A stretch of 64,000 nucleotides of DNA from Octopus bimaculoides (Eukaryota). The stretch is from contig NC_068990.1 in the NCBI RefSeq assembly GCF_001194135.2, positions 68,575,386 to 68,639,385 of the forward strand, given 5' to 3'. Of the stretch, positions 12,451-24,338 are shown in pieces. The notes below the pieces were generated by a model. It was not told where the DNA came from. It saw only the letters and a program-made list of their open reading frames with translations, and did no database searches. The translations under genes and the position numbers were made by a program. Positions within the stretch are counted from its first letter, which is position 1. The number at the start of each line of letters is the position of its first letter.

Positions 12451-13191
12451 CACAGTCTTCTCAGGTACAAGATACTTAGGGAAAACACTTGTACGTTGAC
12501 GATACTGTTGTACTCCGCCTCCGAAGACAAGACTCGATGTCTCAACAAGAGGCGGGGTAAGTGCTTCGTCCCCTCCCTACACAACATCAGAACCTGCCAG
12601 CAGCCAGCCACCGATATTGGCGATAAAATTCTAGTACATCAGCATAAGCTTTGTTGAGTCAGATGTTCTGACTTTGGTACAGATGGTTTTATCGTTCTCA
12701 ATGTTCATTGTTGCCGATTCTCTCATTCTCTCACTGAAGTCAGATGTAATTGGTTTGATTTCACTATGACATCTAATAATAATTTTCTGGCAACATTTTT
12801 TTCTCTTCATACAGAAATAATTTTCTTGCCAGTGTTGTATGTATGACAGTCTCTGATCATATTTTAAATTTACTTTCTAAATTTTCTTTTTAACATCTTA
12901 TGTTGTTTCACAATTTACTTCTCTGCAGTTAGTCACTCTAGCCTTCGTCTTATATAAGACCTTTAATCATCTTTTGTTTTATCTCGTTCGTATTGTGTAT
13001 CTGTCTGTATTAATTTGTCACAATGCTTTACAATATACTTTTGTTGTCTTCTAGTAGATGTCTATATCATATTTTACTAATCGCAGAAGGCCCTTAACTC
13101 TCCATTCACAGTAGATAACAATTAGAGTTGATAGCATTTAATATCCTCTCCTAACATAGCTACCCTAGCGCCAAAATTTGAAAATTATTAC

Positions 13192-13246
<55 letters not shown>

Positions 13247-13755
13247 GAGTGAAAGAGCAGCGCATGCGGTCAAAGCGACACTGGAGTAAAATATACGAAG
13301 CACAATATACCCATCGCAACTAACCATCTAATAAGGGTACACCAAGCACAGGCATCACAATTATATATGAGCGACATGGTGATCTCGTATGAAGATAAAC
13401 AGCGCATGACCTTGCAGGTGGTTTCTTTGATAAGGTTTGTTTAAGGATGATGAACGAAAGACCCATGTTTCCAGGTGTGAATTATACAAATCTTAAAGAA
13501 TTTTTCACAGCACATGGCTGTGAGGCTCACGCACAATTTCTCCTCGTGGTTAGAGATGCACATAGCGCCAGCCATTACGACATATGTTCAACTGGTTAAG
13601 GTCAAGCAACTGACCAGCAAATCTGTGGCATTGAGCAGAATATTTGTTGTAGCCCATCTGTTATACCAAGGAAAAAAAACATGTACATGATATCACTTCC
13701 AATCAGTTAAGATCAAAAGCTACGAGAGCCACTGCCTGGTACTGCATCAAGACAC
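13247..13755 (-). mobile_element. Non-coding retroposon D flanked by (AAT)n on both sides
   Basis: The 3' end ...gctgctctttcactc-(AAT)n matches 20326-20480. There is no ORF, and ATT tracts lie at about 13189-13246 and 13756-13774. Confidence 0.75.
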
Positions 13756-13774
13756 TATTATTATTATTATCATT

Positions 13775-14217
13775 GTTCAGTAGTTTTATTTTTATAACGT
13801 GCTTTCACTTCACTACCGGGCGCAGCTCTGTGCGCCTTGGGTATGTGCTGTGGTTTGCTGTGATGCTCTTATGGTTACTGTATTGAAAGTGTTTTGCGTA
13901 GGATGTGTGCAGTGCCCAGTAGTGCAATTTTCTGTANNNNNNNNNNTTTCACTTCACTACCGAGCGCAGCTCTGTGCGCCTTGGGTATGTGCTGTGGTTT
14001 GCTGTGATGCTCTTATGGTTACTGTATTGAAAGTGTTTTGCGTAGGATGTGTGCAGTGCCCAGTAGTGCAATTTTCTGTACGTTATATATATTTGTAAGT
14101 CCTGGTGTTTTTGTTATGTATTTGTCTGAATATTTTTTTTATTATACCTAAGGCACCTACTATGATAGGAATTGTTTCTGTTTTTAGATTCCACATTCGA
14201 GTTACCTCTATTTCCAG
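13775..14217 (-). mobile_element. R4/Dong-like RLE LINE, 5'-truncated 3' end (contains an assembly duplication)
   Basis: Minus strand LEIEVTRMWNLKTETIPIIVGALGII...YNVQKIALLGTAHILRKTLSIQ* followed by a 3' UTR, with (AAT)n on both sides. Confidence 0.85.
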
Positions 14218-14233
14218 TTTATTATTATTATTA

Positions 14234-14284
<51 letters not shown>

Positions 14285-14285
<1 letters not shown>

Positions 14286-14755
14286 GCTGGAAGAATCGTT
14301 AGAGCAATGATTCTCAACCATTTTTTGCCTATGGACTTCTTTGATTCTTATTTTACTCTACCGTACCCTCATAGCCATTCGATGTTTAAAAAAATCCTAT
14401 TGTGTTTTTATAATTAAATATTATTAAGAAGTGTATTAGAAAAATTCTTAAAATACTGTATGTATTGTCGAAGCATAAGCAATTTATTGCACGTAAACTT
14501 TAACAACAAAACTTTATACGGATCCCCAAGGTTGATATGGTCCCCGATTGAGACCTACTGCGTTAGAGCGTAGGACAAAATACGATGCGGTATCGCTTCC
14601 AACTCCTTATTTTCTAAGTTTAATCACCGCCGAAGTCAACGGTACTTTCTTTTCATCCTTTCAGCGTCGGTAAAATAAAGTACCAGTTGAGCACTGTGCT
14701 CGATATAGTCAACTAACCATTCTAAAATCACTGACCTTCTGCCAAAATTAGAAAG
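14285..14755 (+). mobile_element. SINE family A interrupted by a hAT MITE
   Basis: Head agctggaagaatcgttagag resumes after the MITE with cgtaggacaaaat...ttttcatcctttcagcgtcggtaaaataaagtaccag and ends in a (TAG)n tail. Confidence 0.75.
14305..14560. mobile_element. hAT (Charlie-like) MITE, 256 bp
   Basis: Degenerate TIRs caatgattctcaacc and gattgagacctactg. Perfect 8-bp TSD cgttagag at 14297-14304 and 14561-14568. Confidence 0.88.
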
Positions 14756-14767
14756 TAGTAGTAGTAT

Positions 14768-14812
<45 letters not shown>

Positions 14813-15983
14813 CAGCAGTAGTAGTAGTGGGTGAAATGAAAAGGAAGAGAAGCCGGGCCAATAACAGCTGTACTTGTATTTTTTTTTTCAATTGGTTTAT
14901 ACCAATCGATGCATTGTATTTCTCTGCTCTAATCAGAACCATATAGAATAGGAGGTACGTGACAAAAACAGAAGGAAAAATGATGGAAAAAGAAAGGGAA
15001 GAGGAGCTAACTTTGAAATCACATTGCCAAATTCACTCCTGACCGTAGCTTAGCAAACTTTGTCGTTTTGTTCCGTGTGATCTGCTTGCATGCAGTTTAT
15101 TAGGTACTTCAAAAAAGAATGACCGCGGCCAAAAGCAGTCTATTATTGCCAAAAATGAAAATCTATAAACGCAGAAAATTGGGGGGAAAAAAACGAGAAA
15201 TAGCGTTAGAAATGCAGCAGAGAAAGAGAGAGGGGGAGATAGAAAGAGAGAGAGAGAGATGCAAAAAAAATAAAATGCNNNNNNNNNNNNNNNNNNNNNN
15301 NNNNNNNNNNNNNNNNNNNNNNNNNNNNNNNNNNNNNNNNNNNNNNNNNNNNNNNNNNNNNNNNNNNNNNNNNNNNNNNNNNNNNNNNNNNNNNNNNNNN
15401 NNNNNNNNNNNNNNNNNNNNNNNNNNNNNNNNNNNNNNNNNNNNNNNNNNNNNNNNNNNNNNNNNNNNNNNNNNNNNNNNNNNNNNNNNNNNNNNNNNNN
15501 NNNNNNNNNNNNNNNNNNNNNNNNNNNNNNNNNNNNNNNNNNNNNNNNNNNNNNNNNNNNNNNNNNNNNNNNNNNNNNNNNNNNNNNGGAGGAGAGAGAG
15601 GGAGGAGAGAGAGGGAGGAGAGAGAGGGAGGAGAGAGAGGGAGGAGAGAGAGGAGGAGTAGAAAGAGAGAGGGGGAGATAGAAAGAGAGAGAGAGAGATG
15701 CAAAAAAAATAAAATGCGAGAAAGAAAGAACGCAGGAGAAATGCGAGAAAAAAAGAGAAGAAAGAAAAAGAGAGGGAAAAAGGAGAGAGAAGCAAGGAAG
15801 AGAGAAGGGAGAAAGAGGGAAAGAGTAACGGTAATATACAGAGTAGTAAGGTTTGCATATGAAGAATAAAAGAGAGTTTGTCAATTTGAGGAAAAAACAT
15901 TTATCGAAGCAAAAATTCGGTGAGAATGTGGTGGAAGAAGGAGAAATAATCGAAAGGAATGGTTCAGAAAGGGAGGGAAAAGG

Positions 15984-16021
<38 letters not shown>

Positions 16022-16031
16022 NNNNNNNNNN

Positions 16032-16066
<35 letters not shown>

Positions 16067-16819
16067 TGTGAGAGAGAGAGAGAGAGAGAGAGATGAGATG
16101 AGAGATGGTGGTCATATATGCCAAGACAATCATTGACTCGTATCAGTCCTTCAACCATCACCCGGTACTAGTAATTCCAAGACCAGGCTAGAAACAGAAC
16201 GAGAGAGATGGAGTAGATGGGAGGGAGGTATTAAGAGTGGAAGAGGAAGAGTGCGTGAGAGAGAGAGAGAGAGAGAGACAGAGAGAGAGAGGGGGGAAAG
16301 CAAGAATCACAGAAAGAACATTATCATTAATATTAGGTATACACTTCATATTCTCACAATCCCAGTTGCTGCTACTGCTCCTCCCCTTCTTCTCCTCCTC
16401 ATCCTCCTGCTGTAAAAAAACTTACCCCACCACAATTATAGCAAACGCATGCAACTACGGCAAAAAGATGCAAACGGATGAATAAATAATAGTGAATTTG
16501 ATTATGGCGCTCTTTTCAGAGTTTCAGTAACCACTCTGTTTAAATAACTGCCAGAAATGTATACGCATATATACATACCTCATATTTATGTGTGTGTGTG
16601 TATATATATATATATATACATATGAAAAAAAACACGTGGTGNNNNNNNNNNNNNNNNNNNNNNNNNNNNNNNNNNNNNNNNNNNNNNNNNNNNNNNNNNN
16701 NNNNNNNNNNNNNNNNNNNNNNNNNNNNNNNNNNNNNNNNNNNNNNNNNNNNNNNNNNNNNNNNNNNNNNNNNNNNNNNNNNNNNNNNNNNNNNNNNNNN
16801 NNNNNNNNNNNNNNNNNNN

Positions 16820-16886
<67 letters not shown>

Positions 16887-17402
16887 TGCATGTATATATA
16901 TTTTGTGTTGTGTGGAAGCATAATGGAAACTCTATGAACTCTTAGACATAAATCTTCCTAATGCTCAACAGTCTACAGTCAAACTCACTACCAGATAACC
17001 TGGTTGAAGCAACCACATATAAGGCATTACTGAGAAATACCACATATGAACATAGTAAACTAATTTTGCTTATTTAAAGAAAATGTATTTTAAAATCCAA
17101 TGCCATGAAGGATATAATGGTATTTCTTAATGAACTGAAGCAGGAAGTGAAACCCAAATGACCTCGTGAGTGTAGACGAACGCTTGCCTGTATATGAACT
17201 CGCGTATTTCTGGGACGATAAACGAGAAAAGGAAATTTGTTAATATATAAAAGTCTGTTCACACTAGTTAAACATGGTAGCCAGCACGAAAATAATAAAA
17301 TGATAATAGGCAATCATAATCAAATTATAATGTATAAATCTGCGGCTGGTGTTGAGTACTGATTAGTTTGTTTATAAGACAAACTTACACAAATCATACA
17401 CA

Positions 17403-17575
17403 TAGGCGTAGGAGTGGCTGTGTGGTAAGTAGCTTACTTACCAGCCACCTTCTTCCGGGTTCAGCCCCACTGCGTGGCACCTTGGGCAAGTGTATTCTAC
17501 TATAGCCTCGGGCCGACCAAAACCTTGTGAGTGGATTTGGTAGACGGAAACTGAAAGAAGCTCATCGTATATATG

Positions 17576-17608
<33 letters not shown>

Positions 17609-17826
17609 ATATGTTTGTGTGTCTGTGTTTGTCTCCCCAACATCGCTTGATAATCAATGCTGGTGTGTTTACGTCCCCGTAACATGGCGGTTCGGCACGA
17701 GAGACCGATAGAATAAGTACTAGGCTTACAAAGAATAAGTCCTGGGGTCGATTTGCTCGATTAAAGGTGGTGCTCCAGCATGGCCACAGTCAAATAACTG
17801 AAACAAGTAAAAGAGTAAAAGAGTAT
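17403..17826 (+). mobile_element. SINE family B (OR-like, CORE-like domain), full length with internal microsatellite
   Basis: tRNA-like head ggcgtaggagtggctgtgtggtaag...ccgggttcagcccc, CORE-like ccttgggcaagtgtattctac, internal (TA/TG)n, and tail ggtggtgctccagcatggccacag...ctgaaacaagtaaaagagtaaaag. Confidence 0.9.
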
Positions 17827-18699
17827 ACACAACATCACCCACTTCGACGACATTCTCTAATTCGATTACTTTCTTTGGAAAATAACCTGATTTTTCACTA
17901 GTACTACCATTTCCATATTTAACTACCATATATTAAAATACATTTTTTTATATATCCCACTCCTTTATCATTTTGTACACACCCTTTACTATCTTGTACA
18001 TGTTTCTTAAGTATTTTCCTTATAATGTGTTTTATCACAGCACACTTTCCTCTCACAATACAATCACAGCTACACACACTTCAAGAAACGCCATGCACTA
18101 CATACCACCACACATACAACTCCCCATATGATCATCTTTATACACAGATATCCTCCTATAGATGTACACCCAAACTCGGCTCCTCCTTCCTTCCTCACTC
18201 TCCCCATAGAACTGCATTCCCGGTGTAGCCTTAGCCTTTTTCTTTCTTTCGTCCTTTCCCACGAACTTTCCTCCTTTATATTACTCACATTCTTTATTGT
18301 TTGCCGAAGAACCACTATCGTCCTAAAAGTCATGTGTCTTTCTCTTTGAAGTGGTATGCTAATACATTTGTTCAAACTTGTCCCTCTCATGCTTTTTGGT
18401 TTTTGCTCATTGCCTAAAACATACACGCACGCACGCAACCACATGTATATATATATATATACAATTACAAGTTATTAGACATGCTTGGGAGAAGACCTCA
18501 AATACAAGTGTTCATTATTATTCTATTCGGCTGAATCCGTCTATAGTTACCCGCAATATTCTGTGTGTGACGAGACCAATTCGATTTGGTGGGACGAAAA
18601 ATGAATAAATAAAAGATGGCTTGACTCAAATTATATACATGCCTCATTGACTAAGGAAAGTCACTTATTATTTACATATAACATATCTCGTGAGTCGGC

Positions 18700-18709
18700 A
18701 ATAATAATG

Positions 18710-18744
<35 letters not shown>

Positions 18745-18751
18745 AATAATG

Positions 18752-18837
<86 letters not shown>
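18700..18837. repeat. (CAT)n-(AAT)n compound microsatellite directly 5' of a LINE fragment
   Basis: Direct reading of the sequence. Confidence 0.95.
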
Positions 18838-20325
18838 TGTTCTGAAATACATCAGAACAAGCAACATCACAGAAACAAATAATTTGATCAAGGCAGCAAG
18901 TATTGTTGTAGCAGAGAATGTGGGTGTCGATGTCAATAAAAAGAAACATAATGGGAGTGACAAAAGAAAAGATTCATGGTGGAAAAGAAGAATCCAGGCA
19001 GGGTTAGACATGCTTGCGAAGGAAATCTCTGTGTTAGACCGAAAAGAGAAAGTGGAGCTTAAAAGCGAACAAAAATACTGGGCGCTGAAAAGGAAGTATA
19101 ATATGGAAAGAAAGGGCCTGAAAGTAGTAGTGGAGGAATTGAAATAGCGCCTCGTTGCAAAGAAAGCAAAAATTGTAAGATACTACCAAAGAATGAAGGA
19201 TCATCACCAGAATATGTTATTCAGAGTAGATCAGAAGAGATTTTATAAAGAATTGAATGGAGTGTACAGATGAAGAGTTGATACCAGATAACATTGAAAG
19301 TCAAAGGTTTTGGAGTGACATCTGGAGCAAAGACAAGGAGCACAAGAAGGATGCTGAATGGTTGCAAGAACTGAAACAAACAGTAGTCTGCCCAAAAGAG
19401 GCAGAACTAGTCATTTCGGTTAGGGAAGTGAAGGAAATCAGCAAAAAAATGAGCAACTGGAAGACCCCGGGACCAGATGGAGTTCAAGGTTACTGGATCA
19501 ATGATTTGGTGAATGTCATGCACGAATAGCTACACAACTCAACACCTTGTTAAATGCCGACGACGCAACTCCAGAGTGGTTGACATTGGGTAGGACAGTG
19601 CTGTGTCTCAAAAACAACGAAAAAGGCAATACGGTAGACAATTACAGGCTGATATCCTGTTTGCCACTTATGTGAAAGTTATTGACTGGAATACTCGCAG
19701 GGTAAATGTACGAACATCTAGACAAAAATGGAGTCCTGCCTCATGAGCAAAAGGTTTGCAAGCGTAAGTGCAAAGGGACCAAGGATCAACTCCTGATAGA
19801 TAAAACTGTACTCAGAGACTGCAGGACGAGGAAAAGTAACTTAGCCATGTCATGGATCTACTATCGTAAGGTGTACAATATGATACCACATTCTTGGATA
19901 ATGGAGTGTATGAACCTGTTTGGGATTACATCGAATGTTGAGCGATTGCTTCGAAAAAAGTATGGCGAATTGGAGGACGGACCTGACAGCATACGGAAGA
20001 AGTTTAGAGACAGTAGAAATTAGGAGGGGCATCTTCTAAGGGGATTTCCTGTTCCCACTGATCCTTGTACTGTGTTTGACACCGCTGACACTGATTCTGA
20101 GGAAAGCAAAAGCTGGGTATGTATTCAAAAGCCGCCAACAAAAAATCAACCATTTGTTATTCATGGATGATCTCAAACTTTATGGTAAAGATGAAGCCCA
20201 AGTCACTTCCCTCGTTGATACGGTGTATACCTTCAGTGCTGATATCAGAATGGAGTTCGGACTGAGAAAGTGTGGTGAGTTAGTATTGAAGAGAGGCAAA
20301 ATCAAGTGTATAGACGGATTATGGC
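18838..20325 (+). mobile_element. R4/Dong-like non-LTR retrotransposon, decayed ORF with most of the RT domain
   Basis: Peptides [29 protein letters not shown]...[18 protein letters not shown]...[36 protein letters not shown] and INHLLFMDDLKLYGK...MEFGLRKC, interrupted by stops and frameshifts. Confidence 0.93.
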
Positions 20326-20417
20326 TGTGATGCATGTGCCTGTTGTATAATGGGTATAATGGGCTTCGTATATTTTACCCCAGTGTCACTTTGATGGCAT
20401 GCACTGCTCTCTCACTC

Positions 20418-20480
<63 letters not shown>
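20326..20480 (+). mobile_element. 3' end of retroposon D plus (AAT)n tail, fused to the R4-like ORF
   Basis: tgtgatgcatgtgcc...ccccagtgtcactttgatggcatgcactgctctctcactc(aat)n matches the reverse complement of 13247-13365. Confidence 0.8.
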
Positions 20481-20481
<1 letters not shown>

Positions 20482-20915
20482 TACTCCGAAGCCGAAATGC
20501 TGATGTAGACCAAGCAACAATCCATCAGTGGTTGAGAAGCTCAGGACTGAAAGCAGAGACTGAAGGTTTTATACTGCGGCACAAGATCAAATCTTGCTCA
20601 TCAAAAACTACTAGGCTAACGTCCTTCAAAACGGCTCTAACCATAAATGCAGATTTTATGATAAATTTGCTGAAACGATAGACCATCTCGTTTCGGGATG
20701 TCTTGTGCTGACGCCAAACGAACGCAAAAATCGCCACGATAGGGTAGGACAGTATTTACATTGGAAAATATGTAAACACCTATTGTCATAGGTGCCTTAG
20801 GAATGATACCAAATGGATCTTTTGCTCAAATACAAGGAAATTCCCCAAAAAGGAAGACATTTAAAAAAATAGTGCGCATGGGAACTGCTCATATCCAACG
20901 AAAAATATAGTCTAT
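20481..20915 (+). mobile_element. RLE LINE C-terminal piece (CCHC knuckle to end, internally deleted)
   Basis: HQWLRSSGLKAETEGFI...KCRF...ETIDHLVSGC...RHDRVGQYLHWKICKH, then VIGALGMIP...KIVRMGTAHIQRKI. Confidence 0.88.
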
Positions 20916-21080
20916 GTTATTCCAAAAAACATCTTGATCTGTAAACATTGTCAAAAGTACATTTTGAATGTTGTACATAATAGCAAATACCTTTTGCTGT
21001 CATCTTCAGCTTTCGCTATCATCTCCTCCCCAAATTACTTTAAAAACAAACTTCTGATTTTCTTATGCTTTGACACATTC

Positions 21081-22803
21081 TTTAGAACAATACTCTACGC
21101 AAAACTAAATATACATCTTCAATATAGAAACTCTTCTATTTATTTAAATTAATTGATTTATAAAAAAAAAATGTTGTTTAAATTAACTAATAATAATCTT
21201 CTATATTTATTGTTTATCGGAGGGATAATTCTGTAATAGATATGAATAGAAACCCAATAAAAATGTTTTTTCTTGTTTACTTAATTTATCGTATGTGAAT
21301 CTATATATATGCATCTGTTGTATCACTATGTAGACATATGTAATCATATGGCTATTTATATTTGTGTGTAAATATATNNNNNNNNNNNNNNNNNNNNNNN
21401 NNNNNNNNNNNNNNNNNNNNNNNNNNNNNNNNNNNNNNNNNNNNNNNNNNNNNNNNNNNNNNNNNNNNNNNNNNNNNNNNNNNNNNNNNNNNNNNNNNNN
21501 NNNNNNNNNNNNNNNNNNNNNNNNNNNNNNNNNNNNNNNNNNNNNNNNNNNNNNNNNNNNNNNNNNNNNNNNNNNNNNNNNNNNNNNNNNNNNNNNNNNN
21601 NNNNNNNNNNNNNNNNNNNNNNNNNNNNNNNNNNNNNNNNNNATATATATAAATAAATATATATATATATATATATATGGATGTGAGCCCATCTATATCT
21701 ATGTATGTAGGTATATATGTATGTATTTATATATGTGTACGTGTGTATATATGTGTATGTATGTATATGTACGTGTGTCCACGTATATATGTGTGTATTT
21801 GCGCGTATGTATATATGTATGTATATATATATATATAATATATATATATGTATATGTATATATATATGTGCGTGTGGCTGTGTCATTGTATGTGTAGATA
21901 TGTATATATTTGTGATTTGTCATCTCAATCTATATAATAACTTAATTTGGAAAATTAATTATTAGTGGACCAATTCTGAATTGCTTCATTTTAGTGCATA
22001 TTTTTGTAGTTTCTATTAAATTTATCGTTATCTTAGTATTTAATATTAATTACATGTCACAAATAAGATGTCTTCATTATACTAAATTAATATGTGTATA
22101 GATACACTTATTTCATTTATTAATTCGTTGATGATAATTATAATAATAATAATGATGATAATAATAAATAGTTTCATCTGACTTACTAAATAAATTTAAT
22201 AACCAAAAAAATTATTATTATAGATTTCTATAATTTATAATGTATTCTTATTGCAACAATGTTGTTTGTTACTTCTGAAAGTATTGATAGAGTTTGGGTA
22301 TGCACTATGTATGGTCCTTCAAATTGTAAATAATAATATTAATTAGTTTATCGAGAACAGTCCTTAATACTTGTTTGGTTTATATTATTGATTTCTATCG
22401 ATTCGCTAAATGTTCCCTTCTATAATATACGAATAACAATCATTATTTAAGTAACTTCAAGTCTGGTTACCTCTAAGTAATTATTAAATTTCATTTCCAT
22501 TAATATTGACTAAATATATATCTATGAGGTTCTTTGGTCACCGAATTTACAGCCTTAGGTTTGTAATAATGTTTACTACGGAATTCTCCCTACGATAAAT
22601 TAAGTAAACATGAAAAACATATTTATTGCGTTTCTATTCATATCTATTACGGAATTATCCCTCCGATAAACAATAAATATAGAAGATTATTATTAGTTAA
22701 TTGAAACAATAATTTTTTTATATCAATTAATTTTAAAAAATAGAAGAGTTATTGTATTGAAAATGTAAATGTTTATATATTTTTTGTTGCAGTTCTAAAT
22801 AGG
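21081..22803. mobile_element. AT-rich element bounded by inverted repeats of about 210 bp
   Basis: 21081-21293 is an inverted copy of 22591-22803. The inner 113 bp or so differ at about 5 positions. No coding interior or TSD recognised. Confidence 0.6.
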
Positions 22804-22818
22804 GAAAGACTTAGATAC

Positions 22819-22862
<44 letters not shown>

Positions 22863-23411
22863 GCACCTATGTTACTGTTGTATGATGTATTGACGAGGGA
22901 CTCTCTTGTACATGAACGGGTTTCGATTGGTATGTGTTTGAGATGTAATGAAGTGAATTTCGATGGTTGTGGATTGCACTTACTTGGTCGTATCATCTGT
23001 TAGAATGTTCTTGTTGTTTTTTATTGTAACTGATGTATGATTGAATAGTTAACGCTCACACCCATAATACATAGACATTTGAATTAATTTTCACAATCCA
23101 GCCGTCCTTTCACACGGAATTTAGTCTACCTTTAAACCATTACCCCGAAGTCACTTATATACGTAAGGAACTGTTATTGTGTATATATATCAGAAAATGT
23201 GTATAAGTCGAAACAATTTGTAGGCCTTTTTGTTTTTTTAATAATTGTTTATGTTATATATTATGCTATGTTCATAAAATATTATATAATAGTGTAATAT
23301 CATAATATAATATAAATAAATTATTGGATTGTCAATAGAATCTCTCTATTTAATTTATCTTTGTTATTGCATTATACCCATATTTATATGGTATTCAACT
23401 GACGTACCAGT

Positions 23412-23652
23412 GAATTGGAGTGTATAGAGGAAGAGTTGATACCAGATAACATTGAAAGTCAAAGGTTTTGGAGTGACATCTGGAGCAAAGACAAGGAGCA
23501 TAAGAAGGATGCTGAATGGTTGCAAGAACTGAAACAAACAGCAGTCTGTCCACAACAGGCAGAACTAGTCATTTCACTGAGGGAAGTGAAGGAAATCAGC
23601 AAAAAAATGAGCAGCAGGAAGACTCCGGGACCAGATGGAGTTCAAGGCTACT
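23412..23652 (+). mobile_element. Isolated internal fragment of the R4/Dong-like LINE
   Basis: Near-copy (about 15 differences in about 240 bp by eye) of 19257-19495: ECIEEELIPDNIESQRFWSDIWS...KTPGPDGVQGY. Confidence 0.9.
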
Positions 23653-23843
23653 GAAGGAACTCTTTTCCTTATTTTGTTACTTTATATACTTACATACATA
23701 CATACATACATACATACTTACATACACACACACACACACACACATATACATGCATACATATATACAAACATACACAAACGCACACATATACACACATACA
23801 CATACGTCTTAATTCTTCTTTCTCCCGAGAACANNNNNNNNNN

Positions 23844-23886
<43 letters not shown>

Positions 23887-23926
23887 ATATGTATGTATGT
23901 ATATATATACACATACACACGCACGT

Positions 23927-23977
<51 letters not shown>

Positions 23978-24261
23978 TAGTCAGATACACGCATTTATAT
24001 ATTGTTCTATATCTAAATTCCTTATATGTTTAACTTCTCAAGAATCAGACCGACAAATCCAATCCTATTCTTCGTATTTCAGCTTCGGATATATGCATCT
24101 TAGTGATCGCATTGGATTCTTCAATAAGCTCCATGTTCAAATATATGGGTTACAATGTCATTTATTATTCTATATTTCTTTGTCTTTCACTCCCACATTC
24201 TCTCCCGCCCATACGCTCTCTCTTTCTCTGTCCCCGCTCTCCCTCTCTGTATTTGTGGTGT

Positions 24262-24338
24262 GGGTGGTTTAGCTTAATGGTTCAGAGCACCACGACGCAT
24301 AATCACAGAGGTGTGAGTTCGAGTCTCATAGCCGGCCG
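24262..24338 (+). pseudogene. tRNA-like sequence with CAT in an anticodon-like loop; probably a tRNA pseudogene
   Basis: A-box TAGCTTAATGGTTCAGAGC, T-arm GTGAG-TTCGAGT-CTCAT, partial acceptor stem and a T5 run at 24350-24354. The anticodon stem does not pair, and no SINE body follows. Confidence 0.55.

Noticed and set aside
13535-13600. HDV-like ribozyme (TCCTCGTGGT resembles the P3/L3 of R2 ribozymes)
   Set aside because: It lacks the GG of P1.1 and any convincing P1/P2 pairing, and it lies internal and antisense to element D.
24262-24338. Functional tRNA-Met gene call
   Set aside because: The anticodon stem is unpaired and the acceptor stem is bulged, so it is reported only as tRNA-like.
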